Assembly: GCA_910586365.1 (NCBI GenBank)
Contig: CAJUGP010000007.1
Coordinates: 1,157-65,156, forward strand
Direction of reading: 5' to 3'
DNA: 64,000 nt
Origin: an uncultured Christensenella sp.
GTDB taxonomy: Bacteria; Bacillota; Clostridia; Christensenellales; Borkfalkiaceae
The position numbers and the translations under genes were made by a program. The notes under the pieces were generated by a model that saw only the letters and a program-made list of their open reading frames with translations, was not told where the DNA came from and did no database searches. This document shows positions 53,263 through 62,500 of the stretch, piece by piece. The stretch's first letter is position 1. Every line of letters starts with the position of its first letter.

Positions 53263-54222
53263 TTAATACTTGTTTACTTTGACCGATTTCACAAGAATGG
53301 GAACGTCGATCGGCGTATTGTATTCGGCGTTCAAGCCCGACGTTTTAATACGCTCGATCGGTTCGTACTGCAAATATTCGCTCGGTCCGATCAGCGTCGA
53401 TTCGGTAAACGAAACGTCCTCGCTCAGATCTTTCTTGTATTCGTCGATCGCGTCGATCAGCTCTTGCAGCTTTTTGCTGCCTGCTTCGGTCGTTTTGCCG
53501 AATACGCAGTATTTGGAATCGAGCGCCGTGTTCGACTGACCCGTGAACGTATAGAAAAGCGAGGTGGCGCTGTTGTAAACGTACGATTTATCGTTATCGT
53601 ATTTGTTTCCGCCGTTATTTTTGCCCCCGTCGTTGCGTTCGGTCGTCACGCGGGGCGGATTTTCCCCGTTTTCCGGTTGTTTCTCCGCATTGTAATACAT
53701 GACGAGCGCGCCGAATTCGTGCACGTTTTCCTTCGCATTCGTCGTATTGTTGCCGTTCTGCGAAAATTCGCCGTATACGGTGTAAAGCGGCGTCATCGCA
53801 TCGTCCGCCGTCGTATAAACAGGGCTTGACGAAACGACTTCGCGTCCGTTCGCCCAAACGCTTTGCGTGAACTTTTTACCTTCTCCTTCGGCAGTCTTCA
53901 TTGCCGAAAAGTAATCTTTTTCCACCAACGCGCCGTTTTCCACCGTGTATCCGCCCGTGTGGATCTTATCTTCGCCGAAATCGTGTACGCACAGACCGTC
54001 GTAAAATCCCGTATCGGCAACCTCGATAAAATGCTGTACGGTTTTTGGCGCGTCGTAACGCGAAAGCTTATAAGCAACGGCGTAATCCGTTCCGTTAAAC
54101 GTGTAGGTGACGGTTATTTCGGGATGTTTGGTCGTGCAACCCGTGAACGCAAACACGGCTCCCGCGCAGAGTGCCGCCGCGGTCGCAGCGCAAGCAAAAC
54201 GTTTGAATGAATTCTTTTTCAT
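53263..54222 (-). CDS. Cyclophilin-type peptidyl-prolyl isomerase lipoprotein with insertions
   Basis: Start at ATG 54222 (MKKNSFKRFACAATAAALCAGAVFAFTGC), RBS GGGAG. APKTVQHFIEVADTGFYDG, GALVMY and CVFGKTTEAGSKKLQELI fit the cyclophilin pattern. Confidence 0.7.
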   Translation of the reverse strand: MKKNSFKRFACAATAAALCAGAVFAFTGCTTKHPEITVTYTFNGTDYAVAYKLSRYDAPKTVQHFIEVADTGFYDGLCVHDFGEDKIHTGGYTVENGALVEKDYFSAMKTAEGEGKKFTQSVWANGREVVSSSPVYTTADDAMTPLYTVYGEFSQNGNNTTNAKENVHEFGALVMYYNAEKQPENGENPPRVTTERNDGGKNNGGNKYDNDKSYVYNSATSLFYTFTGQSNTALDSKYCVFGKTTEAGSKKLQELIDAIDEYKKDLSEDVSFTESTLIGPSEYLQYEPIERIKTSGLNAEYNTPIDVPILVKSVKVNKY

Positions 54223-54326
54223 GAATGACTCCCTTTTTTGATACGGTTTTATTGTACCCGTTCTTGGCGCTTTCGTCAAGTAGTTTTGGCGAAGTTGCGT
54301 GAAAATTCGATAAAATCGGGATTTGC

Positions 54327-55193
54327 TTATTTGTTGGCGATCAAATTAACGTCGAGTTTATTATAAGGAATTTCGATTTTTTCTTTTTCAAAGCGTTTCG
54401 TCATCGTCTCTTGAAGATCGAAATACACCGTCCAATAATCGGCGTTCTTCGCCCAGCAGCGGCAGACGAACACCAGCGCGCTCTCGCCCTGCTCGTTCAG
54501 CCGAACGGTATAACCGTCGTCGTGCAGCACTAATTCGTGTGCGTCGAGCACCGATTCGATAATCTTCTTCACTTTATCGACGTCCGTTCCGTAAGCGACG
54601 CCGAACGTGAGATCGACGCGGCGCTTTTCTTCCGCGGAATAATTGACGATATTCCCGCCCGAAACCGAAGAGTTGGGAATGGTGACGACTTTGTTATCGG
54701 GGGTTTTAAGCTTGGTGCTGAACAGCGAAATTTTAACCACCGTGCCGCTGATCCCCGAAACTTCCACGTAATCGCCTTCCTCGAAGGGGTGGTTGGAAAC
54801 AAGGATCATTCCGCTCGCAAAATTGGCGATGATCGACTGCAAGGCAAGCGAAATCGCCAACGTGCCGACGGTGAGCAGCGCAACGAAGCTCGTCGTATCG
54901 ATGCCCAAAATACGCAAAACGATGATGAGATAGATAAAGACGAGCACCACTTTCAGAATGGTGAGAATAAAATCGCCCGCGATGCCTTTGAGTTTGGTTT
55001 TGTTTACGAGTTTTCGCGATACGGAAAGCACGATCTTCAATACGATCAACCCCACCAAAATGACGGCAACCGCAATCACGATATGCATCCAACCGCGCTC
55101 GGCAAGGAACCAGTTGACGAGCGAATTCCAAATTTTAACGAAAAATCCTTGTTCGGCGGGAGCTTCATCCGCCAAAAGCGTGAAAAGACTCAT
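54327..55193 (-). CDS. MscS-family mechanosensitive channel
   Basis: 288 aa. Three TM helices, then FEEGDYVEVSGISGTVVKISLFSTKLKTPDNKVVTIPNS. Confidence 0.85.
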   Translation of the reverse strand: MSLFTLLADEAPAEQGFFVKIWNSLVNWFLAERGWMHIVIAVAVILVGLIVLKIVLSVSRKLVNKTKLKGIAGDFILTILKVVLVFIYLIIVLRILGIDTTSFVALLTVGTLAISLALQSIIANFASGMILVSNHPFEEGDYVEVSGISGTVVKISLFSTKLKTPDNKVVTIPNSSVSGGNIVNYSAEEKRRVDLTFGVAYGTDVDKVKKIIESVLDAHELVLHDDGYTVRLNEQGESALVFVCRCWAKNADYWTVYFDLQETMTKRFEKEKIEIPYNKLDVNLIANK

Positions 55194-55221
55194 TGTGTTT
55201 TCTCCTTAACAATTATGAAAG

Positions 55222-55252
55222 AATAAAAAAACCGTAAGCCACGCCTACGGTT
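55222..55252 (-). terminator. Rho-independent terminator after rplL
   Basis: Minus strand: AACCGTAGG-cgtgg-CTTACGGTT followed by TTTTTTATT. Confidence 0.7.
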
Positions 55253-55267
55253 TTATCCTTTGTTTGA

Positions 55268-55642
55268 TTACGCAAGCTCCGCAACCGCGCCCGCTTCCTT
55301 GAGCTTGGCAACAGCCGCTTCCGCGTCCGCCTTGGGAACGGCTTCTTTGAGCACGCCGAGACTTTCGACCGCCTTCTTCGCTTCCGCAAGGCCGAGACCC
55401 GTGAATTCGCGCACCGCTTTGATAACGGCAATCTTGTTCGCGCCGATCTCTTTAAGCACGATGTTGAACTCGGTCTTTTCTTCTTCTGCGGGAGCCGCCT
55501 CCGCGCCGCCTGCAACCGCGCCGCCGACCGCTACGGGAGCCGCCGCGCTTACGCCGAATTCTTCTTCCAACGCCTTAACAAGGTCGTTAAGCTCGACAAC
55601 CGTCATAGCTTTTACTTCTTCGATCAATTTCTGAACGTCCAT
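55268..55642 (-). CDS. rplL: 50S ribosomal protein L7/L12
   Basis: 124 aa. ...[21 protein letters not shown]...[24 protein letters not shown]. Confidence 0.95.
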   Translation of the reverse strand: MDVQKLIEEVKAMTVVELNDLVKALEEEFGVSAAAPVAVGGAVAGGAEAAPAEEEKTEFNIVLKEIGANKIAVIKAVREFTGLGLAEAKKAVESLGVLKEAVPKADAEAAVAKLKEAGAVAELA

Positions 55643-55662
55643 TTTTAATTCCTCCGATTATT

Positions 55663-56190
55663 TTAAGATTTTTTTTCTGCGATTGCTTTCAATACGTAAG
55701 CAAAATTCGCAATAGGCGACTGCAAGCAGCCGAGCATTTTGGCGATCAAGACCTCTCTCGAAGGGATCGCCGCCAGTTTTTTAACGCCTTCCGCGTCAAC
55801 GTACGCGCCGTCGACGTAAGCGCTCTTCGGGGTGAGTTTGTCCGCGAGCGCGGGATTTTCTTTGCCCGCCTTGACCACGATCGAGCAGCCGCTCGTTTCG
55901 TCGGGACAGAACACGAACACCGTTGCGCCGTTCAAATCGTTATTAAACGCCGTTACGCCGAGTTCTTCAAACGCCTTGCGCACAAGCGTGTTTTTATACA
56001 CCTTGTATTCGCAGTGCGCCTGCGTAAACTTACCGCGGAGCGCGGTCACTTCCGCCACCGTAAGACGGTCGTAAGACGCAAGCACTACCGATTTACTGCT
56101 TTGGATCTTGCCTTTGATTTCTTCTACGACAACCTTTTTCGCTTTGAAATTTTCCGATTCCGCTTTCTTGTTTCTGACTTTTCCTGCCAT
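55663..56190 (-). CDS. rplJ: 50S ribosomal protein L10
   Basis: Start at ATG 56190 (MAGKVRNKKAES), RBS GAAGGAGGTAATC, inside track ORF 55663..56235. Confidence 0.95.
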   Translation of the reverse strand: MAGKVRNKKAESENFKAKKVVVEEIKGKIQSSKSVVLASYDRLTVAEVTALRGKFTQAHCEYKVYKNTLVRKAFEELGVTAFNNDLNGATVFVFCPDETSGCSIVVKAGKENPALADKLTPKSAYVDGAYVDAEGVKKLAAIPSREVLIAKMLGCLQSPIANFAYVLKAIAEKKS

Positions 56191-56543
56191 GATTACCTCC
56201 TTCAACTTCACGATTTTTATTTGCTTGGCGCGCAAATAAAAATCCGTGATTTGAGGGAAACCGCGGTCTGCACGCGCTACGCGCTAACAGCCGAGTATTT
56301 CCCTCTGCGGGCGAATTTTTAAGAGCGCCACCTTTTACTTCGCCCGCATTCACCTTTCCTGTGAAAGTCGCAAGCGACAAATTGGGTGCTTCCGCAGCTA
56401 CAAAAACCGTTCGGTTAAATTAAAATGCTCCGTACCGCAAACGGGTACGGAGCATTCGATCAATTACGAACGGAACTCCGACCTCGGCGAGATATTAAGC
56501 TCAACGCACTCGCTTTCTGCGGTCATATGGATTTTTCGCTGTT
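56191..56543 (-). promoter_or_regulatory. Long rplJ leader (L10-leader-like) containing an intrinsic terminator hairpin at 56412-56455
   Basis: About 345-nt untranslated leader between the candidate promoter and rplJ. Hairpin ATGCTCCGTACC-loop-GGTACGGAGCAT followed by TTTAATTT. A second AU-rich hairpin (TTTATTTGC..GCAAATAAA) lies next to the RBS. Confidence 0.45.
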
Positions 56544-56572
56544 ATCTTAACACAAAGCAAGCTTGCTGTCAA
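56544..56572 (-). promoter_or_regulatory. Candidate rplJL promoter TTGACA-17-TGtTAAGAT
   Basis: Minus-strand TTGACA (56572-67) and TAAGAT (56549-44) with an upstream TG, just downstream of the rplA stop. Confidence 0.5.
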
Positions 56573-56589
56573 GCATTTTTCCGCCTTGT

Positions 56590-57279
56590 TTAGATCTTAT
56601 TGTAGTTTACTTTTACGCCGGGACCCATCGTGGAAGTAAGCGCAACGGACTTGATGTACTGACCCTTCGCCGCGGCGGGTTTCGCCTTGACGATCGCTTC
56701 CATCAGCGCGTTGAAGTTTTCCATGAGTTTTTCCGTGCCGAAGCTCTTTTTGCCGATCGGGCAGTGAATGATCGCCGTTTTATCCAAACGATATTCCACT
56801 TTACCTGCCTTCACTTCGGCAACCGCCTTCGCGGTGTCCATCGTAACCGTGCCCGACTTGGGGTTGGGCATCAAGCCTTTGGGACCGAGAATACGACCGA
56901 TACGGCCTACCATGCCCATCATATCGGGCGTAGTGATCATCACGTCGAATCCGAACCAATTTTCGGTTTGGATCTTCTGGATCATCTCTTCCGCGCCGAC
57001 GAAATCCGCGCCCGCAGCCTGCGCCGCGTCCGCTCTTTCGCCTTTTGCGATAACGAGCACTTTTTTTGTTTTACCCGTGCCGTTGGGAAGAACGAGCACG
57101 CCGCGGACCTGCTGGTCTGCCTGACGGGGGTCGATACCCAAGCGTACGTGCAATTCCACCGTTTCGTCGAATTTCGCCTTCGCGTTTGCAAGCACAAGAC
57201 CCATCGCCTCGACCGCTTCGTACGATTTGGTGCGTTCGTAGGATTTCAGACTGTCGGAATATTTCTTACCGTATTTCAT
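56590..57279 (-). CDS. rplA: 50S ribosomal protein L1
   Basis: Start at ATG 57279 ([14 protein letters not shown]), RBS AAGGAGGAAAGT, inside track ORF 56590..57300. Confidence 0.95.
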   Translation of the reverse strand: MKYGKKYSDSLKSYERTKSYEAVEAMGLVLANAKAKFDETVELHVRLGIDPRQADQQVRGVLVLPNGTGKTKKVLVIAKGERADAAQAAGADFVGAEEMIQKIQTENWFGFDVMITTPDMMGMVGRIGRILGPKGLMPNPKSGTVTMDTAKAVAEVKAGKVEYRLDKTAIIHCPIGKKSFGTEKLMENFNALMEAIVKAKPAAAKGQYIKSVALTSTMGPGVKVNYNKI

Positions 57280-57289
57280 ACTTTCCTCC

Positions 57290-57715
57290 TTACTCCTCAA
57301 CCGTAACGCCCATCGAGCGCGCCGTACCCTTGATCATGCTCATCGCGCTTTCGAGCGACGTGCAGTTCAGATCGGGCAGTTTCTGTTTTGCGATTTCTTC
57401 GACCTGCGCCTTCGTGAGCTTGCCGACCTTCACTTTGTTCGGCGTTCCGCTTGCCGATTCCAACCCGAGCGCCTTTTTGATCAAAACGGGCGCGGGCGGC
57501 GTCTTTAAGACGAACGTGAACGAACGGTCTGCATAAATCGTCATCACGACGGGAATGATCAACCCTTCTTGATTCGCCGTTTTTGCGTTGAATTCCTTGG
57601 TAAAGCCCGGAATATTGATTCCGTGCGGACCGAGCGTCGAACCGACGGGCGGACCGGGAGTCGCTTTTCCCGCAGGAAGCTGCAACTTAACGACAGCGGT
57701 AATTTTCTTTGCCAT
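57290..57715 (-). CDS. rplK: 50S ribosomal protein L11
   Basis: 141 aa. Begins [25 protein letters not shown]. Also contains LGPHGINI. Confidence 0.95.
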   Translation of the reverse strand: MAKKITAVVKLQLPAGKATPGPPVGSTLGPHGINIPGFTKEFNAKTANQEGLIIPVVMTIYADRSFTFVLKTPPAPVLIKKALGLESASGTPNKVKVGKLTKAQVEEIAKQKLPDLNCTSLESAMSMIKGTARSMGVTVEE

Positions 57716-57812
57716 AATATTGCCTCCTTGTGGTGTTTACAAGACGATTGAAAAATTTTCGTCTCTCCCACTCTATCTGAAAGGGCTTGCGCCCGTTCAT
57801 TCTGTTTTTGCT

Positions 57813-58040
57813 CTCAGATTTCTCGACTTCACGTTGTTCCGCTCGAAATGACAGATTTCATACTGAGCGATTAACACCTGCCGCCAATTGAACTGAGATT
57901 TTTCGGCTTCACGTTGTTCCGCTCGAAATGACAGACTTCATACTGAGCGATTAGCGCCTGCCGCCAATTGAACTTAAATTTCTCGGCTTCACGTTGTTCC
58001 GCTCGAAATGACGCAATGTCATATTGAGCGAAGACGAAAT
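57813..58040. repeat. 80-bp tandem repeat (about 2.8 copies) in the nusG-rplK spacer, a member of the dispersed family
   Basis: Units start at 57813, 57893 and 57973: CT(C/G)AGATTT(C/T)TCG(A/G)CTTCACGTTGTTCCGCTCGAAATGACAGA(T/C)TTCATACTGAGCGATTA(A/G)C(A/G)CCTGCCGCCAATTGAA. The third copy diverges after GAAATGAC. Confidence 0.85.
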
Positions 58041-58047
58041 ATCTTTC

Positions 58048-58617
58048 TTATTCTTCCGTCGGCTCGGTGCTTTCGGGAAGGTCGGAAGAAACGCGCTCCA
58101 TTTGAACGTAATCGACTTCCACGTCCTGCGGACGCCCGAACATGACGATATCCACTCTGGCGCGCTGCCCCACTTCGTCCAACTCGCGGATTGTTCCCAC
58201 GAACCCTTCAAGCGGACCGCTCATGATCGAAACTTTGTCGCCGATCTTGAAGTCGGCGTCGTCAACGTATTCGTCGAGCCGCATTTTGCGGATCTCTTCT
58301 TTTTTCATGGGAATGGGTCTGCCCTGCGGACCGCAGAATCCCGTTACGCCGCGCGTGTTCGTCACAAGATACCAAAGCTGGTTGGAATAAATCATCTTGA
58401 TGAAAACGTAGCAAGGCAGCAGTTTTCTTTCGACGACTTTCTTCTTTCCGTTCGCTTTTTCTTCGATCGTCTTTTCTGTGGGAATTTTCACGTCGACGAT
58501 ACTGTCTTGCAGGTTGTTGTTCTCGATCAAGCGTTTCAAACTGTCCTGCACCATCGTTTCATAACCCGAATAGGTATGAAGAATATACCATTTGGGTTCG
58601 GTATCGTTATTCGCCAT
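58048..58617 (-). CDS. nusG: Transcription termination/antitermination factor NusG
   Basis: 189 aa. KWYILHTYSGYE, and a KOW region GDKVSIMSGPLEGFVGTIRELD. Confidence 0.95.
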   Translation of the reverse strand: MANNDTEPKWYILHTYSGYETMVQDSLKRLIENNNLQDSIVDVKIPTEKTIEEKANGKKKVVERKLLPCYVFIKMIYSNQLWYLVTNTRGVTGFCGPQGRPIPMKKEEIRKMRLDEYVDDADFKIGDKVSIMSGPLEGFVGTIRELDEVGQRARVDIVMFGRPQDVEVDYVQMERVSSDLPESTEPTEE

Positions 58618-58619
58618 GA

Positions 58620-58913
58620 TTATGCTCCCGTACCGAATTTCGTGATGAGTTTAAGAAGTTCGCTCAAACCGTAGTTTACGCCCGTGACGAGCACCATGAA
58701 GATAAGAACGATCACAAGCACGACGCCCGTCGCCTTCACAGCCTGTCCGAACGTGGGCCAGGAAACGCGTTTCAGCTCGCCGAACGTTTCTTTGAGCTTT
58801 CTGCCGAGACGGACGAAAATGTTGGGCTTTTTGTCCTTGTTTTTGTCCTTATTCTTTTTTGCCGGCTTTTCGGATTTGGATTCGACTTGGGAATCCGTAT
58901 CTTTTTTCGACAT
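58620..58913 (-). CDS. secE: Preprotein translocase subunit SecE (with Lys-rich N-terminal extension)
   Basis: 97 aa. ETFGELKRVSWPT followed by one TM helix. Confidence 0.9.
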   Translation of the reverse strand: MSKKDTDSQVESKSEKPAKKNKDKNKDKKPNIFVRLGRKLKETFGELKRVSWPTFGQAVKATGVVLVIVLIFMVLVTGVNYGLSELLKLITKFGTGA

Positions 58914-58932
58914 GATCGGCTCCTTACAAAAA

Positions 58933-59097
58933 TTATTTGGATTCCTTATGTGCCGTGTGTTTTTTGCAAACGGGGCAGTATTTTTTCAGCTCCAAACGAT
59001 CGGGATCGTTGCGCTTGTTCTTAAAACTGTCGTAGTTGCGGTTATGACACTCCGTGCACTCGAACGTGACTTTCATTCTCGTGGATTTGGTAGCCAT
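58933..59097 (-). CDS. rpmG: 50S ribosomal protein L33
   Basis: Start at ATG 59097 ([22 protein letters not shown]...[16 protein letters not shown]) inside track ORF 58933..59157. Confidence 0.9.
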   Translation of the reverse strand: MATKSTRMKVTFECTECHNRNYDSFKNKRNDPDRLELKKYCPVCKKHTAHKESK

Positions 59098-59112
59098 TTG
59101 TAAACTCCATAC

Positions 59113-59139
59113 AAAAAAATTACACCCGCTTTTGGGTGC
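59113..59139 (-). terminator. Terminator-like hairpin plus U-tract inside the short rpmG-secE-nusG leader
   Basis: Minus strand: GCACCC-aaaagc-GGGTGT followed by AATTTTTTT. It lies between the candidate promoter and the rpmG RBS. Confidence 0.5.
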
Positions 59140-59147
59140 GTAACGTA

Positions 59148-59176
59148 AGTTTATCACAACGGTGAAATGATGTCAA
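59148..59176 (-). promoter_or_regulatory. Candidate promoter TTGACA-17-TGaTAAACT for rpmG-secE-nusG
   Basis: Minus-strand TTGACA (59176-71) and TAAACT (59153-48) with an upstream TG. Confidence 0.55.
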
Positions 59177-59224
59177 TCTTTTTTACAAGCATATTCAAAA
59201 ATTTTTCACGGAAATTTTATATGC

Positions 59225-59519
59225 GCTACTCACCCTATTGCGCCACCTTGTGAATCTCCCTTGCGCTGCGCGCTTTCCCCCTTTGACAAGGGGGACTTTT
59301 GGGCTTCCGTGTGCAAAAGAAGGTTTACCTTGTTGTGTCCCTCTTGTGTAAAGGGGTGAGTTGCGAATTCTACGCACCACGCCTGCGGCGTGTGCGTTCG
59401 CGGCGAACTGAGCCATTGCACATTGATTGGTGCAATAGCGTGACCGAACCGCCGTTTTCCCTTGCGGCGGTAAGAAATTGAGGGGGATTGTCGCCTTACC
59501 CCGTCAAGCACAACGCAAA
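59225..59519. repeat. Cluster of REP-like hairpin-forming elements
   Basis: Successive inverted repeats: TCCCCCTTTGACAAGGGGGA, ACGCACCACGCC-tgc-GGCGTGTGCGT, TTGCAC-attgattg-GTGCAA, CCGCCG-ttttcccttg-CGGCGG. CTCACCC (59230) is complementary to GGGTGAG (59354). Confidence 0.5.
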
Positions 59520-59556
59520 CTCCCGACGGCAAGCCGTCGGGAGTTCTTTTTCTTTT
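59520..59556. terminator. Strong hairpin terminator downstream of the giant gene; the better U-tract is on the plus strand
   Basis: CTCCCGACGG-caag-CCGTCGGGAG followed by TTCTTTTTCTTTT on plus. The minus side reads TTTGCGTTG. Confidence 0.75.
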
Positions 59557-59593
59557 GTTTTGCTTTCGCGGCGGTTAAGCCGTGTTTGCCGAA

Positions 59594-62500
59594 TTATTCC
59601 ACGGGGTTTGTGTTATCGCCCGCGGGCAGATCAACCGCCGTGATCGTAATATTCGAAACTTTTTCACCGCCGATATGGAAGGTCCATTCGGTTTGCGTCG
59701 TTCGGGATATATCGAACGTATACAGGCAGTTATACGTATAGCCCGCATACTTGCCCGCCAAGCTCGAATAAGACAGCAGAACGTTCAGTTTACCCTCTTG
59801 CGTCCACGTAAATTCCAATCTCCAAGCGTTGTCTTTCCGTGCGATTTCTTTGAAGATCGCCCAATCGTTTGCAACTTCCAAGCCTTCGTTCCCGATCAAG
59901 GTGGACGTGATTACAGGAGTATTGCCGAGTTTCGCATCGCCGAACGACCAACCGTAAGCGTCCGAACGACCCGTATAACCTTCTTTGCATTCCCAAATAA
60001 GCGATTGCCATTGCTCCGTAACGTCACCCGTATGCGTACCGTAAATGATCATCGATTTGCCTTTCGTAAGCGTGCCCGGTACATCATAAGCCCAGCCGAT
60101 GCCTCCGGGTCCGACGTTATCGAACGAAAGCCCCGTTTTGAGTTCTGCGCCGCAAAGAGCACAGTTTGCACCCGTTTGATCTTTATGATAACATACCATT
60201 TTGCAGATGCTGCAAATACCTTTTGCGAATGCGTGTTCGTGCTGAGGGTCAAGCGCACCGCACTTACAGTAATTATCAATATAATTATGCGTATGCGTGG
60301 GATTCAATTCGCCGCATTCGCAGCGGTCGGTTTCGGGAGCGTAAACGTGCGTGTGTTTTACGGGGTTGCAGTCTTCCGCCGCAACGACGTCTTTGCTTGC
60401 CGTCGCCGTGATCGTGCCCGTAAACGAGCCGCTGTCGGGAAGAATGCCGATCGAATATTTTGCCGCAAGCGTCGTGCCCTCTTTCGCCGAGAACGTCCAT
60501 ACCTGCACGTATTCGCCCAACGTGTCGATGCCCGAAACGTCGTACCGAACGAGGATTTTCGACGTATCGCTCCAATCCCACGTGATCTTAATATTGCCGT
60601 TCGCCTTGATCGCTTTGACGGTTTCCCAGTTGATGCTTGTTTTGCCGTTCAGCGTGCAGGTCGTTTTCTGAACGCGGAAATTATTCAGCGTGAAGTCGGT
60701 TTGCGGATCAGGACCGTTGTTAACCCAGTTATCAATACGGATATGGTCGCCTTCCTTGAACGTGCTGCCCTCGTAAAGGAGCGCCGCCACGCCGTTGTAG
60801 TTGTATGTCGTGATCGAAGTTACTTTGCCTTCCGCCACGACCTTCTGACCGGGAACGATGACGCTGTAACGCTGCGACGCGTCGGGGTTGTAAGCCTTGT
60901 TGTCGCCGTGTACTGTCGTAAATGCTTGGCTGTTGTCCGTTTTGCCGACCTGTACGTTTTCTTTCTTCCAGCCCGTTACTTCCTTGCAGACCGTGCACAG
61001 ACCGCCCTCTGCGGGGAAGGCATGTTCGCCTTTGACGAATACGATGCCGTACCACAAAACCACGTTATCTCCGTTCATAAGCGCTTTCGCCTGAACGCCG
61101 TCAACCGTGCAGGTCGCCGCAACGATTGTTTGCAGCTCTTCTTCGCCGAGGGTCAGCTCGGTGATTTCTCTTGCCGCATTTACGGAATACGCCTTAACCG
61201 TTCCGCCGAGATTAAGCTCGAACGCGTAAGCAGGTTCCGCCGTTTCGCCCTTGACGATGCCCAGATCGCTCAAATCAATCGTAAGCGCGACCGCACCCAG
61301 CGACGAATAAACCGCCGTAGTCTTTTTCGCAAGCAGGTTCGCGCCGTCTTTGAACGCAACCTTGCCGTTTTTCAACGTGAAGGACAAATCGTAATCACGC
61401 AGCAGATCGGCGTTGAGCGCGTCTTTCGCGCCGCCCATGTTCGCGTTAAGGCGTACTTCCTTATCCGAAACGCCCTTGGTAAAGACGAGAGTCAAAAGGC
61501 TGCCGTCGGCAAGCGCAAGCGTGTCTTCGTCGATAAGCGTCGTGCCGCCCGTGACCGCGCAAGCGATCTCCGCCGTCTTGGTGACGAGCAGACTGCCCGC
61601 CGCCGTCGTAATGCGCACTTCGTACGCTTCGATGCTCTTCGTAAAATCGAGCGCATTCTGTTTGAACGTTATGCTGTTGCTGCCAACTCCCGTCACTTCG
61701 AGGTTGCCGAACTTCGTACCCATGTCGATCGCCGCGAACGCTTGTTCCGCGTCGCCGATGACGATCTTATTATCGCCCGCGAGCGTGCCGCCCGAAACGG
61801 TGAGCGTAAACGAGCCGCCCGCCAAGTTAAGCGTGTTGTTCGTGATTTGCGCCGTCAGTTCGCTGATCGCCACGTCGGAAAGGTCGAGCGTGATTGCGCC
61901 CTGCGCCGTGCTGCCTTCGAGGTTGGTAAACGTAAGCGTGTATACCTTTTCGGAATCAACGTTGAGCGGGATCACGACGCCGAGCGACTGTTTATCCGCC
62001 GCCAATTTCACGATCGCGTTCTCGTTTCCGCCGAGCGCGACTTTGGTCGTGCCGACGAGCGGCTGCGAGAATTTAAGCGTTGCCGCAACGTAATGGGTGT
62101 AATCCGCAAACGCCGCAGCGTCCTTGGTCGCCATGCCGTTTACTTTCACGTTCGCGCCGTTTATCGTAGCGTGAAGTTCTCCCGTTTCGTACGTGTTGCT
62201 ACCGTCCGTCACGGCGTCCGCCGTCACTTCGGAAAGCACGCTCGGAACGATCTTGCCGCGCACCACGTTGAACGTCGTTTTGCCGTACGTCACGTCGGGA
62301 CAGCCGTTGAAGATAATTTTGTCGTCCGAGCCGAGCGTTAAACGCATGGCGTACGTGTAATCGTATGCGGGAATGCCGCTTACGGTGTTCACGCCCGCTT
62401 CCCAAAGGCGGAAACGAACCGTGATCACGCCGTCTTGATAGGTCATCGTATAACGGTACGCGCCGCCCGCTTTGAGCGTGTTGAAGTTACTTTCGTCGAC

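Noticed and set aside
57813-58040. Possible CRISPR array in the nusG-rplK spacer
   Set aside because: The whole 80-bp unit is repeated head to tail, with no unique spacers between repeats. There are only about 2.8 copies and no cas genes in the window. It is a tandem repeat of the dispersed intergenic family.
59582-62341. 919-aa plus-strand ORF, the longest complete plus-strand ORF in the track for this region
   Set aside because: It lies entirely antisense to the giant minus-strand gene. It has Arg/Phe/Val-rich low-information composition, no RBS and no recognisable motif. It is a typical mirror ORF of a GC3-rich gene.
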